In this document: one piece after another, positions 1 to 11,545 of the stretch
Numbering within the stretch: position 1 is the first letter of the stretch
Layout of the letters: the number at the start of each line of letters is the position of its first letter
Assembly (NCBI GenBank): GCA_964252035.1
Contig: OZ176200.1
Source: Podarcis erhardii
Taxonomy: Eukaryota
DNA length: 64,000 nucleotides
Strand: one strand, 5' to 3'
Position numbers and translations under genes: made by a program
The notes under the pieces: model-generated
Told to the model about the DNA's origin: nothing
Databases searched by the model: none
Seen by the model: only the letters and a program-made list of their open reading frames with translations

Positions 1-16
1 CAGGCATATAGAAGTT

Positions 17-124
17 ATGACGCTGGACCAAACTGCGGGAGGCAGTGGAAGACAATAGTGCCTGGCGTGCTCTGGTCCATGGGGTCACGAAGAGTCGGAC
101 ACGACTAAACAACAACAACAACAA
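17..124 (+). mobile_element. BovB (RTE-clade LINE) 3' end, strongly 5'-truncated
   Basis: gaccaaactgcgggaggcagtggaagac…ggggtcacgaagagtcggacacgactaaac followed by a (CAA)n tail; nearly identical to the 3' end of the copy at 17962..18438. Confidence 0.85.
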
Positions 125-201
125 GTTGCTCCTAAGAACCTATATCTGTGGGCAGGCATACACATCCCCATAGACACCCAAGGGTGCATCTAACCAATAT
201 A

Positions 202-415
202 CCGTATTGCCCCAAATATAACTCGCACCCAAATATAAGCCGCACCTTTAAAAATCCACAGGAACTCACACCCATTCCGTTTTACCATATGTCTGTTTCA
301 GCAGCGATATTGTAGAAGCCCATTTTTGTAAGGTCGCGAATTTAAGCCGCACTTTAACTTTTCACGGTCAGAATTTGGAAAAAAAAAAGTGAGGCTTATA
401 TTCAGGCCAATATTG
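202..415. mobile_element. Non-autonomous Tc1/mariner-superfamily (pogo/Tigger-like) MITE
   Basis: Imperfect TIRs ccgtattgccccaaatataa… and …ttatattcaggccaatattg; TA dinucleotide on both sides (200-201, 416-417). Confidence 0.7.
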
Positions 416-951
416 TAATTGGATTCAGGTGTGCACTGTGATGTGCATGTAAATATGCATCTGCCCCTGCGTGTGTAAGTTTCCTTTACTGGATCAGAGC
501 ATACAAAATGGCAATAATAAACCATTTTAAAATATCATTCAATTGAATGTAACACTGTGATATCATATCCCTTTGATACAAGTTGTGGAAATGTGATAAG
601 ATTATATAAAACATTTCTGATTGCCATGGCCTCCCATCATGACATCAGCAGCTCTCTGATCCAAAGTCAGCATGTTCACTTGGAAGTACTGGCAAAATTT
701 GCAAAGGTTTTCTGAGCTGTCTACTTGAGGACTCAGCTTAGAGAAGGTCAGGTCATCTCTCTAACATGCGTTTATACATCAAAAAATGAAACTACATTTC
801 CTTAGCTTGTCTATTAAAGCCAGCAGGTTTTCTTTGTAGGATCTGGTAAAACCAGTGGAGACACAGGGAAAGTACTTTAAATCTCCCTTGAAAGAAAGGT
901 TCAAATCAACAATGGATCTAAATATTACAGTCTTAAAGTACATGCCCACTA

Positions 952-1303
952 AAAGGTAAAGGGACCCCTGACCATTAGGTCCGAGTCGTGAACGACTCTG
1001 AGATTGCAGCGCTCATCTTGCTTTACTGGCTGAGGGAGCCGGCATACAGCTTCCAGGTCATGTGGCCAGCATGACTAAGCTGCTTCTGGCGAACCAGTGC
1101 AGTGCACGGAAACGCCGTTTACCTTCCCGCCGGAGCGGTACCTATTTATCTACTTGCACTTTGATGTGCTTTCGAACTGCTAGGTTGGCAGGAGCAGGGA
1201 CCGAGCAACAGGAGCTCAACCCGTCGCAGGAATTCAAACCGCCGACCTTCTGATTGGCAAGTCCTAGGCTCTGTGGTTTAACCCACAGCGCCACCCGCAT
1301 CCC
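952..1303 (-). mobile_element. Sauria SINE, full length
   Basis: Reverse-complemented tRNA-like head at the right end and (ACCTTT)-type tail at the left; TSD tacatgcccacta (939-951) / tacatacccccta (1304-1316), 11/13 match. Confidence 0.92.
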
Positions 1304-1418
1304 TACATACCCCCTAGAAGAGCACTAAATCTAAAGAAGCAGAAGAAGGGGGGGGCAGTACATTTGATGGCCTGCATGACTCTACTGTGAAACTTTCACA
1401 GCTCCTGGCCACTTCTAA

Positions 1419-1700
1419 TAGGGTTGCCATGTGTCCTATCTTTCTAGGACATGTCCTCTTTTTCATGGGTATGTAAAATTAGGGTTGCCATATTTCCAAA
1501 TCCGAACACAAAAGTTGTTGAGCTTTTTTATTTGTTTTTGTTGGGGGGGGACAAAGTTGACCTTTTTAAAGGTTTTTTAAAAGTTTTGTTCTGTTTTGCA
1601 AAAGTTTTGCAAAGTTGTCGAGCAATGTTGCGTGTATGGGGACCCTAGTAAAATGAGAGTCGTCATAGAGAGTCCTATTTTAAAAGTAGAAGTCGGTAAA
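1419..1700. mobile_element. Nested TAGGGTTGCCA-ended DNA-transposon remnants
   Basis: tagggttgcca at 1419 and again at 1480; the inner element 1480..1647 ends …ggggacccta and is flanked by gtaaaat (1473-1479, 1648-1654); the outer right end is uncertain. Confidence 0.5.
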
Positions 1701-1805
1701 TGTGCCTTCTTTTTTTGCCAACCCTCGGGAAGCCTTCTTAGAACAGTTGTTTTGAGAATCAGTACAAAAGGTGAAGAGAGCTGTATTACAACAGTCTCTC
1801 TAAGA

Positions 1806-1939
1806 CGGGGTGGGGAAGCTGTGGCCCGCCAGATGTTGAACTCCAACTCCCATCAGCTCCAGCCGGAATGGCCAATGGTCAAGGATGTTTGGAACTGGAC
1901 TCCAGCAATATCTGGAGGGCCACGGGTTCCCCATCCCTA
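1806..1939. mobile_element. Palindromic hAT-type MITE
   Basis: cggggtggggaagctgtggccc… / …gggccacgggttccccatcccta; 8-bp TSD ctctaaga/ctctaagg. Confidence 0.8.
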
Positions 1940-2814
1940 CTCTAAGGGCATGACCCAGTGGCAGCTTCTTGCAGTCCTTTTCCTTGGTGTGCAGTCAGAA
2001 CTTCCTTTACATGAAGTCTGCATATGCAAACTGCATATGGAAAGCAAAGCCTTTTGAGAAGGACCAGTTACTGCCCTTGGAGACAATACAGAGAAAGTAT
2101 CTAGCTAGGCAGACCAATAGTTGACTTGGTATACGGCAGCTTCCTTTGTTCCGTAGGCCTTACTGATCTGGTACCACATTCTGTCTGCCATGTCACCTGA
2201 GGAGGAAGAGTTCAAACTGAAGAACCTCACATGTTGTGGTTGCACAAACAATTCTGAACTATCCCGTAAAAATTTTTTGTAGGAGTTCTTAGAATGCTAA
2301 ACCCAGGAGAGGCGGCAATAGTTAGTAGAGCCCCTGATGCTGTCTTACCTTAAACCTCCCCCCCCCCCCGCCCTTCTAAATTTGAAAAGCAAAAAATAAA
2401 TCTCACTCTAGCAAACCACATGAAAGGTGAGGAAGCTGGAAAACATCCTGCAATTAATCATTATTAAAGGGAATCATCCCCTCGAGACTAAGGTTGTTTA
2501 GCAGAGTTGCCACCTGTGTTCTGGGCCTCTGCTGGGTGCAGAATGCTTAGCTCATCATGGTTATCTGATTACATCGCATGCTGTACAACTGTAAGAGAGT
2601 ACAACAGGAACACTGAAATTTATGACATTTTCCTAATGTGTCAATTTCATTGTATGTGTAAAGGTGATGTGACGAGTTTCTTGACAATTGATTTTCATTT
2701 GTGTAAGTTAAAAGGTAAGACACTGATGCCTTTAATAGGCATATTTGGTCAAAGTCCTTAGTGTGCAAACCTATGCATGTTTACTAGGAAGTAAATCCAG
2801 CTGTTCAGTTAGGC

Positions 2815-3156
2815 CAGGGGTAGGCAAGGTTTACCGGCCATGGGCTGGATCACACCCACGGAAATCGTCCGTGGGCCAGACTGGGGCAGCATGATGCCGG
2901 AAATCACTTCTGCGCATGCCCAGATGCCAAAAAACGTGCCTGCGCAAAAGCGGTTTTCAGCGTCTGGACATGTGCAGACGCAATTTCCGGTATCTGTGCA
3001 TGTGCAGACTCGATTTCCAGCGCCGATCGGCGAGTCCCCATGCTGCGCTGGTTCAGCACTGCGTGAGGGGGACTCGCCGAACGGGCATCTCATGGGCCAG
3101 TAAAACGGTCTTTGTGGGCCCCATCCGGTCCATGGGCCGCACATTGCTGACCCCTG
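2815..3156. mobile_element. Non-autonomous hAT element with internal ~31-bp tandem subrepeats
   Basis: TIRs caggggtaggcaa / ttgctgacccctg; TSD agttaggc/agttaaga (6/8); repeated tgcgcatg…cagacg…atttcc units and an internal ggcgagtcccc…gggggactcgcc hairpin. Confidence 0.75.
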
Positions 3157-4145
3157 AGTTAAGATGAAATTCTAAAGCTAAGTCATATGTGAAACAGCAA
3201 ATGCATAAATATAGCTCAGATATGCTTACTTTGACTGCAGTGCTAAACATGCTTACTAGGGAGAAAGTCCTTTTTGACACTTGCTTCCAAGTAAGGATGA
3301 ATATGACCACACTGTTAATATATAATCATATTTGAATATAAATTAAGAGCCAAGTGTCCAGTGGCTGATCTAGGCTCTAGATCCTAGGATGACCACTAAG
3401 TAAATTTCTTTCAAAACTGAAAGTTGATAGCACATTATCTGATTAAATATTTTTTGCATATATTGTAACAAACATAAAACCACAGTCTCGTCAGCAAAGA
3501 TAATGAGGTTTTATCTGGCTACACTGTATCTGAAAGGCCTCAACAGTTGTAGGAATGACAGGTCTCTAGAATATGTAGACAAGAATGTGAAAGTGTGTTA
3601 TTCCGAACTCATCCTCCAAATCTGAGACTAACTCAGGAAGGAAAACAGATGACAGAGCCAAAGACAGAGAGCATTGTGCCACAGCTCTTTTGTTTATGTA
3701 GGTTTGTGGGCTACTTCACCAGTTCAGCCAGGCAAGTTACATCTCAGCAATGAGAGATCCAGCTGAGAGGTGGCTGGTACATTAGACCCAATGGGACACT
3801 TTCCTGCCTTTTGATGTAAAACCAGCCTACAGGATAGCACTGCCTACCAGGTTTCTTCTGCTTAAATTCCAGTGCTGCCCTTGTAGAATTCTGAAAGGAG
3901 GCAGATGAGGCCCAAATTAGAATCATCTGGCTCTGCCTGCTTGCCATTGGCTCTGCCTCCACCTTCTGGGCCTAACAGGAACCAGGCACCACTTATTCAG
4001 CTTATGGGAACAACAGAGGTTTTATTTATCAGTCAGAGATGCAACAATACCAGGGCTGGATCTAGACACATCCAAAAATCGTTTCAGGAAAACGTGTTGT
4101 AAAGCTCATAATGGGGGAATCACGTTGCTGAAAGATCAAACTCTA

Positions 4146-4163
4146 TAGCGCCATCTGGTGTCA
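4146..4163 (-). promoter_or_regulatory. Candidate CTCF binding site
   Basis: Reverse complement TGACACCAGATGGCGCTA is a close match to the CTCF core CCASYAGRKGGCRSY. Confidence 0.5.
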
Positions 4164-4185
4164 CAGTGTTATAAAGCATTTAAAA

Positions 4186-4242
4186 TGTGTGGTGTGTGTG
4201 GGTGTGGGTGTGGGTGTCTGTGTGTGTGTGTGTGTGTGTGTG
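4186..4242. repeat. (GT)n microsatellite, interrupted
   Basis: Direct reading. Confidence 0.9.
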
Positions 4243-4464
4243 TTTTACTAATGCAGCTGAGTTCCAGAGTCTCACTGGCTCTTAACTCTTAGGGTTAGGG
4301 CCTAGTCTTCCACACTCTCAACCCACAACCACACTCTCGGGCCCTCACATTTCCAGAACTTTCTGGCTTTAGGAGATCCACACACTTTCATGAAGCTGGG
4401 GGAACACACTCCAGCTTTCTATTATGCCTTATTCATACCTGCCAGTTGTCCTGGATTGACAAGA

Positions 4465-4481
4465 CGCCACATGGTGGCGGT
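4465..4481 (+). promoter_or_regulatory. Weaker candidate CTCF site
   Basis: CGCCACATGGTGGCGGT; 11/13 match to CCACCAGGTGGCG. Confidence 0.3.
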
Positions 4482-5107
4482 GGGTGTCCCAGATTTGGGA
4501 TAGAAAAAGTTGGAGTCTATGCTTTTTCAAGTCTGCAAAATGTTATATGCGTTCCTGGGAAGTGTATGCTAGTGGTTTCTGAATTTTTTTAATTCTGAAG
4601 AACGTATTATTTGTATAAGAGCGAAATGTTTGATAGCTTTGATATAGCTCACTATTAGTTAATTTGTTCATTTAAAGGGGAGACAGCTCTGGTCACTCTG
4701 CACCAGGGAGCAAGGCAGACATGGTTCAGTACTTGGTGTCAGCTAATCCTAATTTAAATTATAATAGTGCTGCTTGAATTTTTGAGTGGCACAACTACAG
4801 CATTGCAGCAGGTGAGAAATTCTGGACATATGCAATGGCAGAGAGCTAGGAACTCTAGCTGCTCTTTTTCCCTGTGGAAACCCCTTTTTGGATTTTATTT
4901 GTTCATTAATTTATTAACTGCATTTATATGGCTGCCTCATTACAACAGTTTACCAGGCAGCTAACAACCCCCCCCACAAAAAACTATTTTTATAAGACTG
5001 TAAACAGTAATTATTTAATAGGCTTGCTGCCCACAGGGAGCTACTTCTGATTAGCTCTACTCACAGAACTCAAATATAAGATGGGGGACACCTGGCTTAC
5101 TAGTATA

Positions 5108-5460
5108 GGTAAAGCTAAAGGGACCCCTGACCATTAGGTCCAGTCACGGACAACTCTGGGGTTGTGGTGCTCATCTCGCTTTACTGGCCGAGGGAGCCGC
5201 CATACAGCTTCCGGATCATGTGGCCAGCATGACTAAGCCGCTTCTGGTGAACCAGAGCAGTGCACGGAAACGCCGTTTACCTTCCTGCCAGAGCAGTACC
5301 TATTTGTCTACTTGCACTTTGACTTGCTTTCGAACTGCTAGGTTGGCAGGGCAGGGACCAAGCAACGGGAGCTCACCCTGTCGCGGGGATTCGAACCGCC
5401 AACCTTCTGATTGGCACACCCTAGGCTCTGTGGTTTAACCCACAGCACCACCCACGTCCC
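5108..5460 (-). mobile_element. Sauria SINE inserted in CR1
   Basis: Full-length; TSD tagtata (5101-5107, 5461-5467). Confidence 0.92.
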
Positions 5461-5462
5461 TA

Positions 5463-5463
<1 letters not shown>

Positions 5464-5522
<59 letters not shown>

Positions 5523-5532
5523 ATGTATATGT
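5464..5532. repeat. (TATATG)n microsatellite
   Basis: About 11 near-perfect hexamer units. Confidence 0.95.
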
Positions 5533-5879
5533 GAAAAGGACCTAGGGGTCTTAGTAGTTCACAAGCTTAACATGAGTCAACAGTGTGATGCAACAGCTAA
5601 AATAAGTAAATGCAAATGCTATTCTAGGCTGCATCAACAAGTATAGTGTCCTGATCAAGGGAAGTAAGAGTCCCTCTATATTCTGTCTTGGTCATATTGT
5701 GTCTAGTTCTGGGCACCACAATTTAAGAAGGATGTTGACAAGTTGGGACGTGTGCAGAGGGGGGCAACTAAGATGATCAAGGGTCTGGAAACCAAGCCTT
5801 ATGAGGAATGGTTGAGGGAGTTGGGTATGTTTAGCATGGAAAAGAGGAGATACGATAGCCATCTTCAAATATCTTAAGG

Positions 5880-6009
5880 CAGGCAAACTCGGCCCTCCAG
5901 ATGTTTTTGGCCTACGACTCCCATCATCCCTAGCTAACAGGACCAGTGGTCAGGGATGGTGGGAACTGTAGTCCCAAAACATCTGGAGGGCTGAGTATGC
6001 CTATGCCTG
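5880..6009. mobile_element. Palindromic hAT MITE inserted in CR1
   Basis: caggcaaactcggccctccagatg… / …catctggagggctgagtatgcctatgcctg; perfect 8-bp TSD tcttaagg (5872-5879, 6010-6017). Confidence 0.88.
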
Positions 6010-8199
6010 TCTTAAGGGTTGTTACATGGAGGATGGGGGAAGCTTCTTTTCTCCTGCTCCAGAAGTTGGGCCCCAAACCAATGGATTCAAGTTACAAGAA
6101 AAGAGATTCCTACTAAGCATCAGGAAGAACTGTCTGACAGTAAGAGCTGTTTGACAGTGGAACAGACACCCTTGGGAGGTGGTGGGCTCTCCTTCCTTGG
6201 GGGTTTTTAAGCAGAGGTTGGATGGCCACCTGTCATGGATGCTTTAGCTGAGATTCCTGCATTGCAGCGGGTTGGACTAGATGACCCTCTACGATTCTAT
6301 GAAATTTGATATGAAATCCATGGCAATAGGTAGGGGCACTGAAGATGAATATATCTGTCCCCCCAACTCAGAAATGTCACTTCCAAAGATTCTGACAAAT
6401 GACAACTCCACGCCCAAGGCAAAGATAGGGACAGTGACTTGCAAGGGACAATAATACAGGCACTGTCCCCTGTAAATTAATAGGGAAGGCTGGAGCATGT
6501 GATGCTACGCTGTGCCAGACAAAATGTGCAATTGCTAGAGGAGCCGTGTAGATGGAGGTTGCTGTTTTGGGGCTACGCCTGGTATCGAGATTCTAGCTCT
6601 TGCTGTTATGCATTGCCAGAATCACAGCTGCTTATAGATCTGGGACGTAAAAGAATGCATATCACGCGGGATAATCAACAAGACAGACTGATAGGTACAT
6701 AGAGGTGACAGTAAGCAGTTACATTGCCGTTACGTTTTCATGGGCTTCACCTGCACCTAGATTCTATCCTCCTCCGTATTAGTTACAGTAGTGCACTTCC
6801 AAATGCACGATGGCATAGGAAACAGAAATGGGCCAGTACTTTTTAATCTGATAAGGGTGTTGCCGTTATTAGCTGCGTTTAAAAATACATCAGTGGGTGG
6901 GATCGCATAGCGCCAACAAGATCGCTGCATCCGAGCAGTGACGTTTCCCAGGAAAAAAGGTCTGCTGAGTTGTTGCTGCCAGACTGATGTGCGTTTTTCT
7001 GCAGTGCTCCTCCTGCAGCAAATGACTGCAGTGGGGAGAAGCTTGTGCTTGAAATCTTTTCAAAGTAGCGACTGAGCGACGCTAGCCTCCTTTTCAGATT
7101 TTGATTTTTTTTTTTAAGCAACCATGGAAGTTCCTTGCAACCGGGAAATCACAACCCTCTTCACTGTGGCTCCTCTTACACAACAGCTGCCGAGCGATTT
7201 GCAAACTTGACACCCACAAACCTTACAGCAGTGCCAGCAGCCCTTTCCTCTCTCCCCTTCTCCCCTGCTGTTTAAAAATGCCTGTTTAGAGGAAAGCATA
7301 TAATGCTGCTGATTCTTTAGAACAAGATTACTAACTTGTAATAGAATATACATTCTATCCAGGATAAGACGATGTGTTTTTAAAAAGGGGGGGGGGAAGA
7401 GAATGATAAAGGCTTAGGAAGAAAGGGTTAATAAACTGGAATGAAGCTACCCATCTACTGTAAAAATGACGCTGCAGTTTTTGCAGTGTGATTCACCATG
7501 GAAAATAGAGGCTGTCATTTTAACAGACTTTGCTTTAATTCTTGCTGTTCCAAACCATCAGAGGCCAGAATCTGATTTAGGATGTAGCATTCATTTCAGC
7601 AGGTGCAAAAAAAAAGACAGAGCTAATTAGATTGTTTCTGCTTAGGAGAAAGAACAGTAGGGAAACAGGGTGCTTCTCGTTTCCATGGCTTAATTTAGAT
7701 AGTACTCAAGCATAAATAAAATAAAATGGGCCATGGCTTATTGGCTGGCACATATGCTTTGAGTGCAGAAGGTCCACGTAGCCAGTTAAAAAGCCACAAA
7801 GGAATAGAATGTCTCCATAGGGAGGGAAATTTGACCATATCTCCCTGGCACCATAGAAACGAGGATGAGGTAAGGTCTTTATTGCCACATGGGGATGCTA
7901 CTCACATGACTACATGAAGCACCACTTTTAAAAGCTCACCTGTTTTCACTCACAGAAGGCATAACTATTGAGAAGATTTTTCATTTGATCTCTAAGGTTT
8001 ACTGCTGCTTTTCTACTTTGCTTGAACAGCAGCTCTGCAATGTTACTTCTGCATCTTCTAGAGCTATTCCGCTATACCTCCTTGTTTGCATCCCAAACAA
8101 AGAGGTTTCCGTTTTCCTTCTTTTCCTTTTGCCCTACCATCAGTATATCTTCTGGAGAAGGCTAAGGAGTAAACCCTACACAAATCCAGACTGGAATCC

Positions 8200-8476
8200 C
8201 TAAGACAGTTGGGTGGCACCTTGTACACCTCCTTCCGGAAACTCCTGCAGCCAAGCTGGTGCCAAATCTACCACTCTGATTTCCTTTGGACCACATCAGT
8301 GAGACCGACAGAGGGGCCTTATCATCTGGGCAGCCCAGGACCTCAGTACACACCACCCAGGTTTGTGTACCGTTGAAGATCACTTTGGTTCTGCTAACCC
8401 AGCAGCTTGACTTCACCCCTGGAGGCATACTCCATTGCTTCTTGAGGCAGATGGATGCCAATAACCAGCCACCAAC
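8200..8476 (+). mobile_element. Probable non-LTR retrotransposon 3' end, family uncertain
   Basis: …ggggccttatcatctgggcagcccaggacc…tgacttcacccctggaggcatactccattg…cagatggatgccaataaccagccaccaacc resembles a squamate LINE 3' end with a short CAA/CCA tail (recalled similarity only). Confidence 0.45.
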
Positions 8477-8493
8477 CATCAGTAGTAGCAAAT

Positions 8494-8736
8494 GGCATGG
8501 TAGGGCTGTGCTGCTCATCTGACCTCCCTCTGGCTGAGTTGCTGCTGCATTCTGGAATGGAGAGGGGGGAAAGCAGCCAGAGGTGAGGTACAAACATGTT
8601 TGCAGAGCCAAGCTGGTGCTCCTGCTGGCGTGCTTGTACCACACCAACTTCACCACTATTTCTTCCCTCCCCTCTCCATTCCAGGATGCAACTCAGCTGG
8701 AGGGAGATCAAGCGAGTGGCACAGCCCCACGATGCC
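8494..8736. repeat. Imperfect inverted repeat (arms ~70 bp, spacer ~95 bp)
   Basis: Arm 8494-8569 is the reverse complement of 8665-8736 apart from a 6-bp indel and scattered mismatches. Confidence 0.8.
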
Positions 8737-9080
8737 GTCCACACAACTACCTACAGTCAGCAAGTTTCAAGTTGTTAACTACAGTCACAGCTCTCACTAC
8801 TCGCCTAACGAATTTCAAAGCAATCAATACGTTATTGCTGCTACTAAGAATTGCAATTAGGGCACTGCTTATGGCACTAAGCATCTTTGCTACGTATCTT
8901 AAATTAACTTTCCTCTTGATTTGTTAGGCAGAGAAACAGACTGAATCTATGGAGCCACAAATTGAGATTCCAGAGAGTTAGCTACACCCTAGGTCTCTTC
9001 TGGTTTTATTTATTTATTTATTAGATGTTATTATACCCCGCCCATCCTCAGATCTGAAGTACAGCTTTAGTTGAGATACT

Positions 9081-9451
9081 GGTAAGGTAAAGGTAAAGGA
9101 CCCCTGAATGGTTAAGTCTAGTCAAAGGCGACTATGGGGTGTGGCGCTCATCTCACTTTCAAGCCAAGGGAGCCAGTGTTTGTCCACAGACAGTTTTCTG
9201 GGTCGTGACTAAACCGCTTCTGCCACAACGGAACACCGTGACGAAAACCAGAGCACACAGAAATGCCGTTTACCTTCCCTCCACAGCAGTACCTATTTAT
9301 CTACTTGCACTGGTATGCTTTCGAACTGCAAGGTTGGCAGGAGATGGGACAGAGCAACAGAAGTTCACCCCGTCACAGGGATTCAAATCATTGACCTTCT
9401 GATTGGCAAGCTCAAGAGGCTTGGTGGTTAAGACCATAGCTATTTGCACCC
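9081..9451 (-). mobile_element. Sauria SINE, second subfamily, diverged
   Basis: (AAAGGT)n tail then ggacccctgaatggttaagtc…; subfamily-type block gtttgtccacagacag. Confidence 0.85.
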
Positions 9452-9667
9452 TGGGCATACAGTAGGAAAAGAGAGAGCATTAAGTAAGAAAGAACCATAC
9501 TTCATTTGCACTTCTTTATGATCTCACCCAAATCTTCTAGATGGTTTTGGCTTGATAACAGGGAGGTATTGTTATGGTGACAAGCTCTGCCCCGATCTTT
9601 GAAGTTAATTGTGTGCCTGACTGGGCCCCATGGATGAAACTGACTCTCACTCATTTAACAACAAGTA

Positions 9668-9975
9668 ATCAGAAGGTTGGCGGTTCAAATCCCTGCGATA
9701 GGGTGAGCTCCCGTTGCTCAGTCCCTGCTCCTGGCAACCTAGCAGTTTGAAAGCACGTCAAAGTGCAATTAGATAAATAGGTACCACTCCGGCGGGAAGG
9801 TAAACGGCGTTTCCGTGCGCTGCTCTGGTTTGCCAGAAGTGGCTTAGTCATGCTGGCCACATGACCCGGAAGCTGTATGCTGGCTCTCTTGGCCAATAAA
9901 GTGAGATGAGCGCCGCAACCCCAGAGCTGGCCATGACTGGACCTAATGGTCAGGGGTCCCTTTCCCTTTACCTTT
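9668..9975 (+). mobile_element. Sauria SINE, 5'-truncated
   Basis: Starts at atcagaaggttggcggttcaaatcc (box B region) and ends ggggtccctttccctttaccttt. Confidence 0.9.
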
Positions 9976-10721
9976 AATAGAACTTTTCTACCTTTCTAAA
10001 TCAGGCTGCTGAGATGAGGAGAGCTTGCATGAAAAACCAGGAGTGATATTTGTGTGTGACAGAAATGTGAGCCTAGAGGTACCCTGTGCCTTAATTCTGT
10101 GTCCTCCAAGCCATTATGGATCTCAGGGTTCCAGCAAAGGACGAAGTAGATCCCACAATCTCTGCTTACAAATTAAAGCAACCACACAATGCAACAAATA
10201 CAAACTACAAGAACACTGTAACTAATCTTCACAAGTCAACAACAAACAGCAAAATCCCTTCTTGGAGCTCAACCACAAATGCAAGCAGAAGTCCCTGTCA
10301 GATTGAGCCATTTTAATAAAGAATAGTAAAAAGACTGGTTGATAAAAATAAGATGCTAATATAGTTAAATATGGCAAAAAACCCTGTTTAAATGCCTTGT
10401 TGGAAAAAGGTCTAACCTTGATTTAATTCTACAGGCCACCACTGAATAGTTCCCCCCCCCCCTTGTTGCCATCCTCTGAGTTTCAATTCACCTCTGGAGG
10501 ATCTCTTCCTTATGATTGTACTGCATAAGGAATGTGCCATTGTTGTGAGTGCTGTATTAACAAATGGCATTGTGAAATAACCAGAATATTTTTACAAGAA
10601 CAACACGCGTGAACCCAAGCCCCCCCCCTTTTATGTATGATCAATAAGCCTGTTCCTTCAAAAACTTTACTATTTCTGAACCTATAACAATATTTGTTTA
10701 AATAGTTCTTCTCCATAAAAT

Positions 10722-10859
10722 CAGGGATGGGGAACCTATGGCCCTCCATATGTTGCTGAGCTACACCTCCTATGATCTCTGACCACAAGCTATGCTTGGC
10801 TGGGGCTGACGGGAGCTGGAGCCCACAGCAACTGGAAGGCCACAGATTCCCCATTCCTG
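10722..10859. mobile_element. Palindromic hAT MITE, older copy
   Basis: cagggatggggaacc… / …gattccccattcctg; TSD degraded. Confidence 0.7.
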
Positions 10860-11049
10860 CCCCAAATGATCCCTCTTGTCCAAACATAATAGGATTGAAC
10901 AGAATAATTCTGCTTGCAGTGAACTACCGGTACTCTTTTGTAGCTTGACAATGCCTGCTGATATTTAGACCTCAGACCAGCTGAGATGTCCTCCAAATAG
11001 GACATCATAATTGTGTAGCAGCACCCAGCACGTACACTGACTCTGAAGT

Positions 11050-11545
11050 GTCCATTCCTCTTGAGGGACAGCTGCAGATGATGCAGTGTCTGAGGAGCCC
11101 CCTCCCTTTGGGACCCCCATTTTGGCTCTATACCTTTGCGCATCACCTTCAGGATTGCAACAGAAGTGGCAACAACTGGCCTGTGGCAAAGCTCAGATTC
11201 AGCCTCAAAGCGTTCATTCCGCCACCCAGTTTTGGCCTATCCAGAAGAAAAACGACCCCATTCATATTTTGGGCCAGAACCCTGAGAAGATCCAGGAAGA
11301 AGCAGGCCCACCCGGTCTACTATAAAGCGGCCAATCCCGAGATGCTTCTTGCTGGTGCCAGAGCTCTGCTGACCCAGCTCTGGGTGCCAGGATTGTGCTG
11401 GACAGCTCCCCTGCTGATCCAGGCCTCATGGCAAAGCCATTCAGTTTCTCCTGGACAGCTCCCCAGCTGGTCTGGGCCTCCTGCTCAGTATTTGCTCTGG
11501 TCACTTGTGATCTCCTGCACTGCTCAGGGTTGGCAGAAGCACTAA
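11050..11545 (+). mobile_element. Possible LTR remnant
   Basis: TATA-like ctataaag near 11319 followed by a repeated ctggacagctcccc motif; boundaries and TSD not resolved. Confidence 0.3.

Larger units (their letters stand above)
5071..6302 (+). mobile_element. CR1 LINE 3' portion (degenerate RT C-terminus and 3' UTR), interrupted by a SINE and a MITE
   Basis: tgtgaaaaggacctaggggtcttagt…, tgtctagttctgggcaccacaatttaagaaggat…, ending in ttggactagatgaccctctacgattctatga (CR1 terminal octamer ATTCTATG). Confidence 0.9.

Noticed and set aside
4289-4300. (TTAGGG)2, with a similar motif near 45306
   Set aside because: Too short to call an interstitial telomeric sequence.
7124-7210. Kozak-context ATG ORF (MEVPCNREIT…)
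   Set aside because: Only 28 codons, no internal donor and no recognised homology; kept only as part of an unexplained unique block.
11048-11545. 165-aa ORF as a retroviral pol or host gene
   Set aside because: No RT, RNase H or integrase motif that I can support; an LTR remnant is more likely.
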